A stretch of 64,000 nucleotides of DNA, taken from an uncultured Gammaproteobacteria bacterium. GTDB taxonomy: Bacteria; Patescibacteriota; Patescibacteriia; SG8-24. Positions 39,435-49,521 of the stretch are shown one piece after another. Position numbers and translations under genes: made by a program. The notes under the pieces are model-generated. The model was not told the DNA's origin. It saw only the letters and a list, made by a program, of their open reading frames with translations, and searched no databases. Position 1 is the stretch's first letter; each line of letters opens with the position of its first letter. The DNA is taken from contig CAZBFO010000001.1 of the NCBI GenBank assembly GCA_964491475.1, forward strand, positions 327,538 to 391,537, in the 5' to 3' direction.

Positions 39435-39947
39435 ATGAACCTTGCACACGCGAATACGCCGCAAATCGACGCGTCCCGCACCGTCGACAACGCCCGCAAG
39501 CTCGTGGAAATGATGCGCGGCTGCTACTGCAGCCTCGACCCCGCGGACCGCGCCGAAGTGCTCAAGCTGGCGCGCGCCCTGCGCACCCTGCTCGACAAGA
39601 GCGGCATGACCCTCAAAGAGGTCGGCTGCTCCGCGGCGGAGATCAACGACATCATCGTTGCCACGCCGGGCCGGACCGAAAGCGTCTCGTCGTTCGGGTT
39701 CCTCCAGGAACAGATGGCCGATGAGACTGCCGAGCTGGCGGTGGAAATCGACTCGGACCTGCTCGAGGAGGACGAGCCGGAGAAGGAGGAAATCTCCAGA
39801 GTCCGGCGCAAGCCGGAAGGGCACCTGTCCTTGATTTGCGGCAGCACCCGCGAACCCCACGTCCGAGCAGACGTGGCCGCCCTCTTGAGGGACTTCAGCG
39901 ACGCGCAGCTGACCGAGATGTTCGACCTCATCCGACTCGCCGGCTGA
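39435..39947 (+). CDS. hypothetical protein (orphan)
   Basis: AGGAGG SD; own promoter and terminator. Confidence 0.75.
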   Translation: MNLAHANTPQIDASRTVDNARKLVEMMRGCYCSLDPADRAEVLKLARALRTLLDKSGMTLKEVGCSAAEINDIIVATPGRTESVSSFGFLQEQMADETAELAVEIDSDLLEEDEPEKEEISRVRRKPEGHLSLICGSTREPHVRADVAALLRDFSDAQLTEMFDLIRLAG

Positions 39948-40006
39948 ACAAGCGCCCGCGCCCGAAAGGCACCCTTGCTGCGGGTGCTTTTTTTATCCCC
40001 GCATGA

Positions 40007-40035
40007 TTGACAAAACCGCCTTTTTCTGGTACGTT
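40007..40035 (+). promoter_or_regulatory. sigma70-type promoter TTGACA-17-TACGTT
   Basis: ttgacaaaaccgcctttttctggtacgtt. Confidence 0.7.
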
Positions 40036-40076
40036 CTGCGGTCCCCTTTTTTGGGGCGAGACAGGAGAATGCAAAG

Positions 40077-40721
40077 ATGGACCTTCAATCGGCCGACTCG
40101 TCCACGTACCTCATGGGAGCAGCGCTCGTGGTGGCCGTCCTCTGCGGCCTCGTCACTGCCATCGCCTTCGCCCTTCGCGGGCACTTCGCCGAAGCAAGAG
40201 CGACCAAGCTCGTGACCGAGGCGCGGAACCTCATCACTCTCGGCATCTACGCCAGGGACGAGCAAGGCAAGCCCGGCCCGGCAGAGCTGCTGGGCGAGGC
40301 CTACCGCCTGCAGAAGCAGTTCGGCCTCAAGGCCGAAACCATCGGCCTGCGCGACGACGCCGAGATCGACGAGCTCATCAACCGCGCCATCCGCGGCGAC
40401 GCGCCGCCTGCGGCCAAAGCCGCCAGCGAAGTCAGGAATCCGGTCGTCTATGCGTTCGATGACACCGGCTCGATGGGCCACCTGCCCAGAATCATCCACG
40501 ACAAGATGCCGCTGGTCGCCGGGCAGCTCGTCGAGAACGGCTACCTCGAGGATCCGGGGGTCCGCACAATGGCCATCGGCGACACCATGCCCACCGAGGA
40601 CGTCGCCGAGACGCATGCGGAAATCCTGGCCGCGGAAGACGGCACCGACGAATACCTGAAGAACTGCGCCGACATGGCCGCAGGCCTCGAGCACCGCACT
40701 GGCCCCGACGACGTCGACTGA
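40077..40721 (+). CDS. TM-anchored hypothetical protein with truncated vWA-like segment
   Basis: PVVYAFDDTGSMG (MIDAS-like) through AIGD; AGGAG SD. Confidence 0.7.
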   Translation: MDLQSADSSTYLMGAALVVAVLCGLVTAIAFALRGHFAEARATKLVTEARNLITLGIYARDEQGKPGPAELLGEAYRLQKQFGLKAETIGLRDDAEIDELINRAIRGDAPPAAKAASEVRNPVVYAFDDTGSMGHLPRIIHDKMPLVAGQLVENGYLEDPGVRTMAIGDTMPTEDVAETHAEILAAEDGTDEYLKNCADMAAGLEHRTGPDDVD

Positions 40722-40764
40722 ACGTCGAACCAAAAAGAGCACGCATCTCGCGTGCTCTCTTTTT

Positions 40765-43317
40765 TTACTTCGGCAGCAGCCGCTTCAGGTACCGCGCCGT
40801 CCAGGTGTCGGAATAGTGCGCCACTTCTTCCGGCGTGCCGAGCGCGACCACCCGACCGCCCAAGTCCCCTCCTTCGGGACCGAGGTCGACGATGTAGTCG
40901 GCCGTCTTGATGACGTCCAGGTTGTGCTCGATGATGACCACCGAGTTGCCGCGTTCCACCAGCTTCTCCAGCACTTCCAACAGGCGGCGGATGTCCTCGA
41001 AGTGCAGGCCGGTGGTGGGCTCGTCCAGAATGTAGAGCGCCTTGCCGCCGCCGCGCTTGGCCAGCTCGAAGGCCAGCTTCACGCGCTGGGCCTCTCCGCC
41101 GGAGAGCGTCGTGGCCGACTGGCCGAGCTCGATATAGCCGAGACCGACCTCGTTGAGCACGCTCAACTTGTCGTGGATGTACGGAATGTCCTTGAAGAAC
41201 TCGTCGGCGTCCTCGATGGTCATGGTGAGGATGTCGTGGATGCTCTTGCCCTTGTACTTCACGTCGAGCGTCTCGCGGTCGAAGCGCTTGCCCCTGCAGA
41301 CGTCGCAAGTGACGTAGACCGTCGGTAGGAAATGCATCTCGATGGCGATCTGGCCGTTGCCTTCGCAGTTCTCGCAGCGGCCGCCGGGGACGTTGAAGCT
41401 GAAACGGCCCGGCTTGTAGCCGCGGAAGCGCGCCTCCTCGGTGGTGGCGAACAGCTCACGGATGTAGTTGAAGGCGCCGGTGTAGGTGGCCGGATTGGAG
41501 CGCGGCGTGCGGCCGATCGGCGACTGGTCGACCATCACCACGCGGTCCAGGTATTCGATGCCGCGGATGGCCTTGTGCTTGCCGACGGGCAGCTTGGAGC
41601 CGTTCAGCAGGTTCGAGACGTGATTAAAGAGGATGTCCTGCACCAAGGTGGACTTGCCCGAGCCGGAGACGCCCGTGACGCAGACCATGCGGCGCAGCGG
41701 AATCTCCACCTCGACGTTCTTGAGGTTGTTCTCGGTCGCGCCGATGATCTTGATGACCTCGCGGTTCTTGGTGCGGCGCGAAACCGGCACGCGAATCTTC
41801 TTTTTGCCTTGCAAATACTGGATGGTCAGCGACTTGGTGTCCTTGAAGATTTCCGGCGTCGGACCGGCGGCGACCACCTCGCCGCCGTGCTTGCCCGCAC
41901 CAGGACCGAAGTCCACCAGGTAATCGGCGGTCATGATGGTGTCCTCGTCGTGTTCCACCACGATGATGGTGTTGCCGATGTCACGCAAGTTCTTGAGGGT
42001 CGCCAGCAGCTTGTCGTTGTCGCGCTGATGCAGGCCGATGCTCGGCTCGTCCAAGACGTACAGCGCACCCACCAGTCGCGAACCGATCTGCGAGGCCAGG
42101 CGGATGCGCTGCGCTTCGCCGCCGGAGAGCGTTCCGGCCGTGCGTCCGAGCGACAGGTAATGCAAACCCACGTCCAGCAAGAACTGCAGGCGTCCGACGA
42201 TTTCCTTCATCACGCTCTCGGAGATTTCTGCGTCGCGACCCTTGAGTTCCAGCTTGGTCAGGAAGGCATGCGCCTTGTCGATGGCCATGGCAGTGAGCTC
42301 GACGATGTTCTTCTCGTTGACCTTCACGTGCAGGCTCTCCTTACGCAGGCGCAAGCCTTTGCAGTCTTCGCAAGGCTTGTCAGACCAAAGGTGCTCCACG
42401 CCAAGGCCGGTGCAAGTAGGGCACGCGCCATACGGGCTGTTGAACGAAAACAGGCGCGGCTCGATTTCGGGAAAGGAAAAGCCGCAAGACGGACAGCTGA
42501 ACTGGCTGGAGAGCATGCGCTCGCGGCCGTTGCCGTAGACCACGTTCACCACTCCCCCTCCGTATTGCAGCGCGTTCTCGACCGCTTCGGCCAAGCGCGC
42601 CTGCAGCTCCTTGCCGCCGGTGACGGCGTCGGTCTTGGTGATCGTGTCCACGACCAGCTCGACGGTGTGCTTCATGTTGCGGTCCAGCACCAGGCGCGTA
42701 CGCAACGAACGGACGTTGCCGTTGACGCGCGCGCTGGCAAAACCGGCGTTGTACCAGTCATACAGCAGCTGGTGATACTCGCCTTTGCGACCGCGCACGG
42801 ACGGCGCGAGAATGTAGGTATCGGCGTACTCGCGGCGCTTCTTGCCGAAGGCGTCCTGCGACAAGCCTTCGCCATAAGCGTCCTTGGCCTCGGCCATGAT
42901 GTGGTCGACCATCTCCTCGGCGGTCATCTTGCGAATGGCCGTCTCGCACTGCGGGCAATACGGCTTGCCGACGCGGGCGTAGAGCACGCGCAGGTAGTCG
43001 TAGATTTCGGTGATGGTGGCCACCGTCGAGCGCGGATTCGAGGAGTGCGCCTTCTGGTCGATGGAAATGGCCGGCGACAGGCCGGTGATGTCGTCCACAT
43101 CGGGCTTCTGCATCTGTCCCAGGAACTGACGGGCGTAAGCCGAGAGCGACTCCACGTAGCGGCGCTGCCCTTCGGCGAAGATGGTATCGAACGCCAACGA
43201 GGACTTGCCCGAACCGGACAGTCCCGTGAAGACGATCATCTTGTTGCGCGGCAGCGACAGCGAGACGTTCTTGAGATTATGCTCGCGTGCGCCCTTGATT
43301 TCAATGGTTTCTTGCAT
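40765..43317 (-). CDS. uvrA: excinuclease ABC subunit A (insertion domain absent)
   Basis: [26 protein letters not shown] twice, [16 protein letters not shown]. Confidence 0.97.
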   Translation of the reverse strand: MQETIEIKGAREHNLKNVSLSLPRNKMIVFTGLSGSGKSSLAFDTIFAEGQRRYVESLSAYARQFLGQMQKPDVDDITGLSPAISIDQKAHSSNPRSTVATITEIYDYLRVLYARVGKPYCPQCETAIRKMTAEEMVDHIMAEAKDAYGEGLSQDAFGKKRREYADTYILAPSVRGRKGEYHQLLYDWYNAGFASARVNGNVRSLRTRLVLDRNMKHTVELVVDTITKTDAVTGGKELQARLAEAVENALQYGGGVVNVVYGNGRERMLSSQFSCPSCGFSFPEIEPRLFSFNSPYGACPTCTGLGVEHLWSDKPCEDCKGLRLRKESLHVKVNEKNIVELTAMAIDKAHAFLTKLELKGRDAEISESVMKEIVGRLQFLLDVGLHYLSLGRTAGTLSGGEAQRIRLASQIGSRLVGALYVLDEPSIGLHQRDNDKLLATLKNLRDIGNTIIVVEHDEDTIMTADYLVDFGPGAGKHGGEVVAAGPTPEIFKDTKSLTIQYLQGKKKIRVPVSRRTKNREVIKIIGATENNLKNVEVEIPLRRMVCVTGVSGSGKSTLVQDILFNHVSNLLNGSKLPVGKHKAIRGIEYLDRVVMVDQSPIGRTPRSNPATYTGAFNYIRELFATTEEARFRGYKPGRFSFNVPGGRCENCEGNGQIAIEMHFLPTVYVTCDVCRGKRFDRETLDVKYKGKSIHDILTMTIEDADEFFKDIPYIHDKLSVLNEVGLGYIELGQSATTLSGGEAQRVKLAFELAKRGGGKALYILDEPTTGLHFEDIRRLLEVLEKLVERGNSVVIIEHNLDVIKTADYIVDLGPEGGDLGGRVVALGTPEEVAHYSDTWTARYLKRLLPK

Positions 43318-43456
43318 AATGTCGGTTGCGACGACTTAGCAGCATACTGCTGTTCCGATTGCCGGTCAAGGTGACTAGGTGCGACCCTTGCCAAGAACCC
43401 CTTTTTCGTGCATAGTGTCTCGTCGCGTTCCTTGTCCGTCCAAGTAGGAGTCCCCC

Positions 43457-43927
43457 ATGTCAAAGAAGAAAAGCGTCCGAGGTGCGGTGATGTTTGGAGC
43501 GACGGCGACGCCGTCGCGCAAACTGCGACGCCGCGAGCGAGCGAAAATCGCCTCACTTGCCTGGGAGATGAGAAAGAAGCTTCATGTCGCCTGCGGGCTT
43601 GCCGCGGACGACGAACACGCGTTCCACAACCTCAAAATAATGACCGTGCTGATCGAGGCGTGCGATCTCGCCCGTAGCTGTTCCGGCAGAATCCCGCCGC
43701 CGGTCCCGAAGGAAGAAACCGCGATGTCGCAGGGCAGCCTGATCATTGGAATCGAGCTGCAGATGGAGTTGCTCAAGCGGCTGGCGACCGTCGCTGACGA
43801 AGGCGTCAGCCTGACGACCGACTGGGCACGCAAGTATTTTCTCCGCATAGACTGGAACGTATCGGTTCTCTGCGCCTCGGTTGCGAAAAGAGTGGAAGCT
43901 GCTGCGCGAATTGCGCAAGAGCGCTGA
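43457..43927 (+). CDS. hypothetical protein (orphan)
   Basis: Promoter TTGCCA-17-CATAGT at 43388-43416; AGGAG SD; terminator at about 43942-43968. Confidence 0.7.
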   Translation: MSKKKSVRGAVMFGATATPSRKLRRRERAKIASLAWEMRKKLHVACGLAADDEHAFHNLKIMTVLIEACDLARSCSGRIPPPVPKEETAMSQGSLIIGIELQMELLKRLATVADEGVSLTTDWARKYFLRIDWNVSVLCASVAKRVEAAARIAQER

Positions 43928-44060
43928 ATCCGTCTCTCCGAAGAACCCCCTGCGGGGTTCTTTTTTCTTGCGCGGGCCGGCTCTTGCATGCTTGGAAGGT
44001 TTGGGCTTAGATGCTAGGGTGGTTCGTTGGCCCGACGGCCGCGTTCATTGGAGAAGTGCC

Positions 44061-44506
44061 ATGGCAGATATCAAGGAGTACGACAGTATCATCGCTTCGG
44101 CAGATGCCTTCAGGGAGCTCATGTCCGCGACCATCCGCGACCTGTGCCACGCGGCACTGGCGCTGATCGACAGAGGAACGACACCGTCTCCTGCGTGCGC
44201 ACGCTCTTGGCTTCGCGAAAGGCCATTTGCGAGGCGCAAGACCTGCCGCTCACGCGGCCCCAGCGGAAGGAAACCGGCATCGGTCGCGACAGCCTGCGGA
44301 TGACCGTCGGCAGCCTCGTGAGGACCGCAGAAGCGGCCTTCAAGCAGTTCGAGCAGGTCGACGAGAACGGAACGCCTGACGACATCGCCAACTGGCTGTT
44401 CACGCAGGGAAAAACGATCTTCAAGGCGTTCGTCTACCTCATCGGCGACCTGCTTTCCGAGCGGAACCTGCACGATCTCGTGCAGAAACTCGAACCGCTC
44501 GGCTGA
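44061..44506 (+). pseudogene. orphan gene interrupted by a frameshift near 44170-44180
   Basis: MADIKEYDSII...ALALIDR in one frame continues as NDTVSCVRTLL...KLEPLG in another; GGAGA SD; promoter at 43992-44020. Confidence 0.6.
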
Positions 44507-44523
44507 CCGCTCAAGGCTTCCGC

Positions 44524-46572
44524 TTATCGGAAGCCTTTTTTCTTTGGCACGGGGCTCTTACGCGACTCCGCTTTCTTTTTCTTTTCGTCTTCCTTTTTCA
44601 GCATCCTGATTTCATCTCGCAGCAGCGCCGCGAGTTCGAACTCCAGGTTCTTGGCCGCCTCGCGCATCTCCTTTTCCTTTTCGGCAATGACTTCGGACAG
44701 ATCGCGCGTTTCGGCCTTCATCTCCAGCGCCAGCAGGCCCTTGGCCTTGCGGTCGTCGCCCTTCATCAGGTCTTCCATGATGTCCTTGACCGCCTTCTCG
44801 ATGGTCTTGGGCGTGATGCCGTGGGCCTCGTTGTAGGCCATCTGCTTGGCGCGACGACGTTCGGTTTCCTTCATGGCCCGCTGCATCGATCCGGTAATCT
44901 CGTCGGCGTAGAGAATGACTTCGCCGCGCACGTTGCGCGCCGCGCGGCCGATGGTCTGAATCAGCGAGGTCTCGCTGCGCAGGAATCCTTCCTTGTCGGC
45001 ATCGAGAATCGCCACCAGCGTGACTTCCGGAAGGTCCAGACCTTCGCGCAGCAGGTTCACGCCGATCAGCACGTCGTAGGTGCCGCGACGGAAGGCCGTC
45101 AGCGTCTTGACGCGGTCGATGGTGTCGATGTCGCTGTGCAGGTAGGCCACCTTGTACTTCTTTTCCGCGAGATACGCGGACAAGTCCTCGGCCACCTTCT
45201 TGGTGAGCGTGGTCACCATGATGCGCTCGTTCAGCTTGATGCGTTCGTCGATGCGGCCGATCAGGTCGTCGATCTGGCCCTTGTGACCGTCCTTCTCGGT
45301 GACCGACAGCACCGTAATCTTCGGATCGACCAGGCCCGTGGGACGGATCACCTGCTCGGCGATCTGCGCCGACTCCTTGTACTCGAACGGTCCGGGAGTG
45401 GCCGAGACGAACACCGCCTGCGGCACGCGTTCCTCAAACTCCGCAAAGCGCAACGGACGGTTGTCCTGGGCCGACGGCAGGCGGAAGCCGTATTCAATGA
45501 GCGTCTTCTTGCGGGCAGCGTCGCCGTTGAACATGCCTTGAACTTGCGGCAGCGTCACGTGCGATTCGTCGACGAACAGAAGGAGGTCTTTGGGGAAATA
45601 GGCCAGCAGCGTGTCCGGCGGCTCGCCGGGCATGCGGCCGGAGAGGTGACGCGAGTAGTTCTCGATGCCATGGCAATAGCCCACCTCGCGCAGCATCGCC
45701 AGGTCGAAGTTGACACGGCGCTCCAGGCGCTCGGCCTCAAGCGGCTTGCCGTTCCTTGCAAACCAGTCGACGCGCTCCTTGGCCTCGGCGCCGATGGCGG
45801 CGACCGCGCGTTCGCGCTCCGGCCCGCTGGAGATGAAATGCTTGGCCGGGAAAATCCAATATTCGTCTTTCTTTTCAATCGGCTTGCGCGTGACGGGATC
45901 GATCAGCGTGATGGTCTTGATGACCTGCCCGGGCATGTCCACGCGCACGATGACTTCCTCGTGCGCCGGCATGATCTCGATGACGTCGGCGCGTGAACGG
46001 AACGAACCGCGAGTGATGTCGGCGGTGGTGCGTTCGAACTGAATCTGCACCAGCGAGCGCAGGATGTCGCTGCGCGTGAGCGGCTGTCCCACCTTGAGGT
46101 GCAGGTGCGAAGCACGATAGGCCTCCGGCGCACCAAGGCCGTAGATGCAGGACACCGACGACACGATGATCACGTCGCGGCGCGTCAGCAACGCCTGGGT
46201 GGCGCTGTGGCGCAGACGGTCGATTTCCTGATTGATCATCGCCTCCTTCTCGATGTAGGTGTCGGAGGTCGGCAGGTAAGCCTCCGGCTGGTAGTAGTCG
46301 TAGTACGACACGAAGTACTCCACCGCATTCTTGGGGAAGAACTCGCGGAACTCGTTGCAGAGCTGGGCCGCGAGGGTCTTGTTGTGGGCGATGACCAGCG
46401 CCGGTCGGCCGGCGTTCCTGATGACGTTGGCCATCGTGAAAGTCTTGCCCGTGCCGGTGGCGCCGAGCAAAGTTTGGTATCGTAAACCGCGCTTCACGCC
46501 GTCCGTGAGCTTCTCGATGGCCTCGGGCTGGTCGCCCTTGGGTTCGTATTTGGAGACAAGTTGGAAGTCCAT
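44524..46572 (-). CDS. uvrB: excinuclease ABC subunit B
   Basis: GATGTGKT, HNKTLAAQL, YYDYYQPEAY, DESH, GRAARN, C-terminal UVR domain. Confidence 0.97.
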   Translation of the reverse strand: MDFQLVSKYEPKGDQPEAIEKLTDGVKRGLRYQTLLGATGTGKTFTMANVIRNAGRPALVIAHNKTLAAQLCNEFREFFPKNAVEYFVSYYDYYQPEAYLPTSDTYIEKEAMINQEIDRLRHSATQALLTRRDVIIVSSVSCIYGLGAPEAYRASHLHLKVGQPLTRSDILRSLVQIQFERTTADITRGSFRSRADVIEIMPAHEEVIVRVDMPGQVIKTITLIDPVTRKPIEKKDEYWIFPAKHFISSGPERERAVAAIGAEAKERVDWFARNGKPLEAERLERRVNFDLAMLREVGYCHGIENYSRHLSGRMPGEPPDTLLAYFPKDLLLFVDESHVTLPQVQGMFNGDAARKKTLIEYGFRLPSAQDNRPLRFAEFEERVPQAVFVSATPGPFEYKESAQIAEQVIRPTGLVDPKITVLSVTEKDGHKGQIDDLIGRIDERIKLNERIMVTTLTKKVAEDLSAYLAEKKYKVAYLHSDIDTIDRVKTLTAFRRGTYDVLIGVNLLREGLDLPEVTLVAILDADKEGFLRSETSLIQTIGRAARNVRGEVILYADEITGSMQRAMKETERRRAKQMAYNEAHGITPKTIEKAVKDIMEDLMKGDDRKAKGLLALEMKAETRDLSEVIAEKEKEMREAAKNLEFELAALLRDEIRMLKKEDEKKKKAESRKSPVPKKKGFR

Positions 46573-46603
46573 TCGGAAAATCGTGAAAATTTTGCCAATA
46601 CGC

Positions 46604-46655
46604 AAAAACTCCCGGCGGAGCACCTACTAGGGTACCCCGGGAGCCGACGAGTTGT
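46604..46655 (-). ncRNA. candidate ~50-nt small RNA or terminated uvrB leader
   Basis: Promoter TTGACC-17-TAGGGT (46662-46690), long hairpin and T5, no ORF. Confidence 0.3.
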
Positions 46656-46726
46656 GCCTTGACCCTACAACAAAAGGGCGGTCCGGTCAACCGGGCCGCC
46701 CTGCTCTCCAAAACGGAACGGACGCA

Positions 46727-48079
46727 TTACGGATGCGTGAACGAATCCGCATTCGCCGGCACCGCCACATCCAGCGAGAACTGGTCGCGGATCTTCTGGG
46801 CCAGTTCCTCGGACGCGTGCGGCTCGCCGTGGTTCAGGTAAATCTTCTTGGGCAGCTTACGTCCGCTGGTGCACCATTTGAGCAGCTTGTTCTGATCGGC
46901 GTGCGCGGAATACGAGCCGATGACCTCGACCTTGGCGCGCACCTGCACCTCCTCGTGGTCGATGTACACCGACTTCGCCCCTTCGCTGATGGAACGCCCG
47001 ACGGTACCGACGGACTGATAACCGACCACCAGCAACGTGGTGTTCGCATCGTTCAGGTAGTCGACCAGGTGGTGCATGATGCGTCCGCCGTGCATCATGC
47101 CGCTGCCGGCGATGATGATCTTCGGTTTCGGCACGGCAAGAATGGCGCGCGACTCGTCGGGCTTCTTGGTAATGTTCAGTCCGGGGAACTTGAAGAAGTC
47201 GTCGCCGGAAGCTTTCAGCTCCGCGGCCTCTTGGTCGTAGTATTCGGAGAACTGGTGGTAGATGGGCAGCGCCTTGATGGCCAGCGGACTGTCGAGAAAG
47301 GTCTTGGTCGCCGGCACCTGCTTGGATTCCACCAGGTTATTGAGTTCGTACAAAATTTCCTGGGCGCGCTCCAGCGAGAAAGCGGGAATCAGCAGCGTCC
47401 CTTTCCTGTTGAAGTTGTCGATGACCGCAGCCTTGAGCCGTTCGGCGCGGTGCTGCGGGTCTTCATGCACGCGGTCGCCGTAGGTGGATTCCATCACCAC
47501 CACGTCGCCGTCGACGATGCGCGCCGTCGGTCGCAGAATCGGCACGTAATCGTTGCCGAGGTCGCCGGACATCACCAGCCTGGTGCCGTAAACGTCGGCC
47601 TCGACGAAGCCGGAGCCGAAGATGTGGCCCGCCTCGCGAAAGCAGAACGAAAAGTCGTTCGAAACCCGCACGGTGGTATCGTAGGCCACGCCGTGCACCA
47701 GATCGTACGCCGGCGCCACGTCCTTGGGCAGGTACAGCGCCGGACGCTTGTAACGACGGGCCTCATCCTTCATCACGTGCGAGGCGTCCTGCCACATCAG
47801 CCGCGAAAGCAGCCGAGTGGGATGCGTGGCGAAGATGCGTCCCTTGAAGCCTTCCTTCACCAGCCGCGGGATGCGGCCGGTATGGTCGATATGCGCATGC
47901 GTCATGATGACCGCGTCGATTGACGAGGGCTCGAACGGAAACGGCGCGCGGTTGCGGTCGAAGGAGTTGCCGTTGCCCTGAATCAAGCCGCAGTCCACCA
48001 GAACTCGAGTGGTCGGCGTCTCGATCAGCGAACAGGAACCGGTGACTTCGCGCGCGGCGCCGAGAAAAGTAATCTTCAT
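46727..48079 (-). CDS. MBL-fold beta-CASP ribonuclease
   Basis: GAAREVTGS, THAHIDH, GHIFGS, ESTYG, SAHAD. Confidence 0.92.
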   Translation of the reverse strand: MKITFLGAAREVTGSCSLIETPTTRVLVDCGLIQGNGNSFDRNRAPFPFEPSSIDAVIMTHAHIDHTGRIPRLVKEGFKGRIFATHPTRLLSRLMWQDASHVMKDEARRYKRPALYLPKDVAPAYDLVHGVAYDTTVRVSNDFSFCFREAGHIFGSGFVEADVYGTRLVMSGDLGNDYVPILRPTARIVDGDVVVMESTYGDRVHEDPQHRAERLKAAVIDNFNRKGTLLIPAFSLERAQEILYELNNLVESKQVPATKTFLDSPLAIKALPIYHQFSEYYDQEAAELKASGDDFFKFPGLNITKKPDESRAILAVPKPKIIIAGSGMMHGGRIMHHLVDYLNDANTTLLVVGYQSVGTVGRSISEGAKSVYIDHEEVQVRAKVEVIGSYSAHADQNKLLKWCTSGRKLPKKIYLNHGEPHASEELAQKIRDQFSLDVAVPANADSFTHP

Positions 48080-48108
48080 ATCCACAAGAGTATAACACGG
48101 CCAGACGA

Positions 48109-48137
48109 TTGACAAAGCGGCAATTTTGTGGTAGTTT
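48109..48137 (+). promoter_or_regulatory. sigma70-type promoter TTGACA-17-TAGTTT
   Basis: ttgacaaagcggcaattttgtggtagttt. Confidence 0.7.
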
Positions 48138-48196
48138 GGACGAGTTTCGTACCTTTCGCCGGGTGACAGGCGCAACCCAAACCAAAAGAGGCAGAG

Positions 48197-48547
48197 ATGA
48201 TGCATGCCAGCAATTCCGTACGGCCCAGTTTCCCCGAACCGACTTTCGCCGGCAAGATTGGAAAAAGGGCCGCCCGGATGATCGGCATTCCGGAAGGCAC
48301 GCCGGTCCGATTCGCAAGGCACCCGAAGAATCCGGCGGTCGCGGTAGACGTCCGGGCCATCGACTTCGCCGCAGACGTCGAACGCACCGGCCCCACCAGC
48401 ATGAACGTCTCGCGCCACACGCCGGTCGAACGGTGGCTCACCGATTACGTCACCATCGGCGACGGTAGCATCGAGCCGTCGAACGACAAGGACCTCCTCG
48501 AGATCGTCGCCGGCTTCGTCGCCGGCTACTATCCGCTCCCGGTGTAG
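48197..48547 (+). CDS. hypothetical protein (orphan)
   Basis: GAGG SD; own promoter; terminator gcccctc-gtcat-gaggggc plus T-run. Confidence 0.7.
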   Translation: MMHASNSVRPSFPEPTFAGKIGKRAARMIGIPEGTPVRFARHPKNPAVAVDVRAIDFAADVERTGPTSMNVSRHTPVERWLTDYVTIGDGSIEPSNDKDLLEIVAGFVAGYYPLPV

Positions 48548-48661
48548 CCCGCCCGCCCCTCGTCATGAGGGGCTTTTCTTTATCCGCATATTGACAATGA
48601 CCGTCTTTCTGGCACGGTGTCGCAAAGCCCTTTTCACCGCCGCAAGGCAAATGAGGTCATC

Positions 48662-49090
48662 GTGCGAAACGCTCTTCAGGCACGCATCCGCTGGACGCCG
48701 CCGCTGCTGCCACTGGTCATCCTGACCATGCTGGTCGTAGGTCTCAACGCCTTCGACGGCTACGCCACGCTCCACGCCTGCAGAACGATGGGTGCCGTGG
48801 AGCTGAACCCGGTGATGGCCTTCCTGCTGTCAATCGGTCCGTCTGCGTTCATGAGCGCCAAGACGTTGGGAGTGGCGCTTGCCCTGTCAGTACTTGCCTA
48901 CTGCCTGCATCACCCGCGAGTGCGCGACTCCGTGCGAAAAATCGGCTGGGGCGGCCTCATCGCCCTAAGCGCGATTTACTTCGCCCTCTGCGTCTGGCAC
49001 GTCCTGGTCATGACCGGGACCGTCATGCCGCCGGAAGCAGCTCCGGCGATCGAACCGGTCTGCGTCCGATACGAAAGCCGACCCCGGTGA
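48662..49090 (+). CDS. DUF5658-like membrane protein
   Basis: LNAFDGYAT...ELNPVM...K pattern; GAGGT SD with GTG start; promoter at 48591-48618. Confidence 0.7.
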   Translation: MRNALQARIRWTPPLLPLVILTMLVVGLNAFDGYATLHACRTMGAVELNPVMAFLLSIGPSAFMSAKTLGVALALSVLAYCLHHPRVRDSVRKIGWGGLIALSAIYFALCVWHVLVMTGTVMPPEAAPAIEPVCVRYESRPR

Positions 49091-49121
49091 GGGTCGGCTT
49101 TTTTGCCGCTTGATCAGTTTG

Positions 49122-49430
49122 CTACGGCAGTTCCTGCTTTTCCCATCGCTTCAGGCGCGGAATGGTAGCCGCGGCAAGCTCCTTGGCCTTCTCGCCCGGC
49201 AGGTGCAGCACGCGCGTCATGTGACTGACTGATTTCTCGATCATGTCTTTCATCGCCAGCTGCGGCTCGACGAACGCCCCGCCGGCATAGCAGAACTTGC
49301 AGTATTCCTTGACCGGCGAGCCGTCTGCGGCGGTGCCGAGGAAGGTGGCGTCCATGGGGCCGCCGGTATGCAGCGGCATGCCGCAGCTCTGGCAGCGTGA
49401 AGCGAGGTCCTTGTCGGCAATGGGTTCCAT
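49122..49430 (-). CDS. zinc-ribbon domain protein
   Basis: CQSCGMP, YCKFCY, LKRW. Confidence 0.85.
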   Translation of the reverse strand: MEPIADKDLASRCQSCGMPLHTGGPMDATFLGTAADGSPVKEYCKFCYAGGAFVEPQLAMKDMIEKSVSHMTRVLHLPGEKAKELAAATIPRLKRWEKQELP

Positions 49431-49521
49431 AATGAGGAGGTAAGAGGAAGGCGTTTCGTACCGATACGATAACAAAAACGGCGGACACGCGCCAAGGGCG
49501 TCCGCCGCGACGGCATTTCAG

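Noticed and set aside
3856-46702. Similar GC-rich hairpins (gccgccc...gggcggc) at about 3856, 12288, 28134 and 46676 as REP or attC repeats
   Set aside because: They are short, have variable loops and sit at gene ends, so ordinary terminators explain them.
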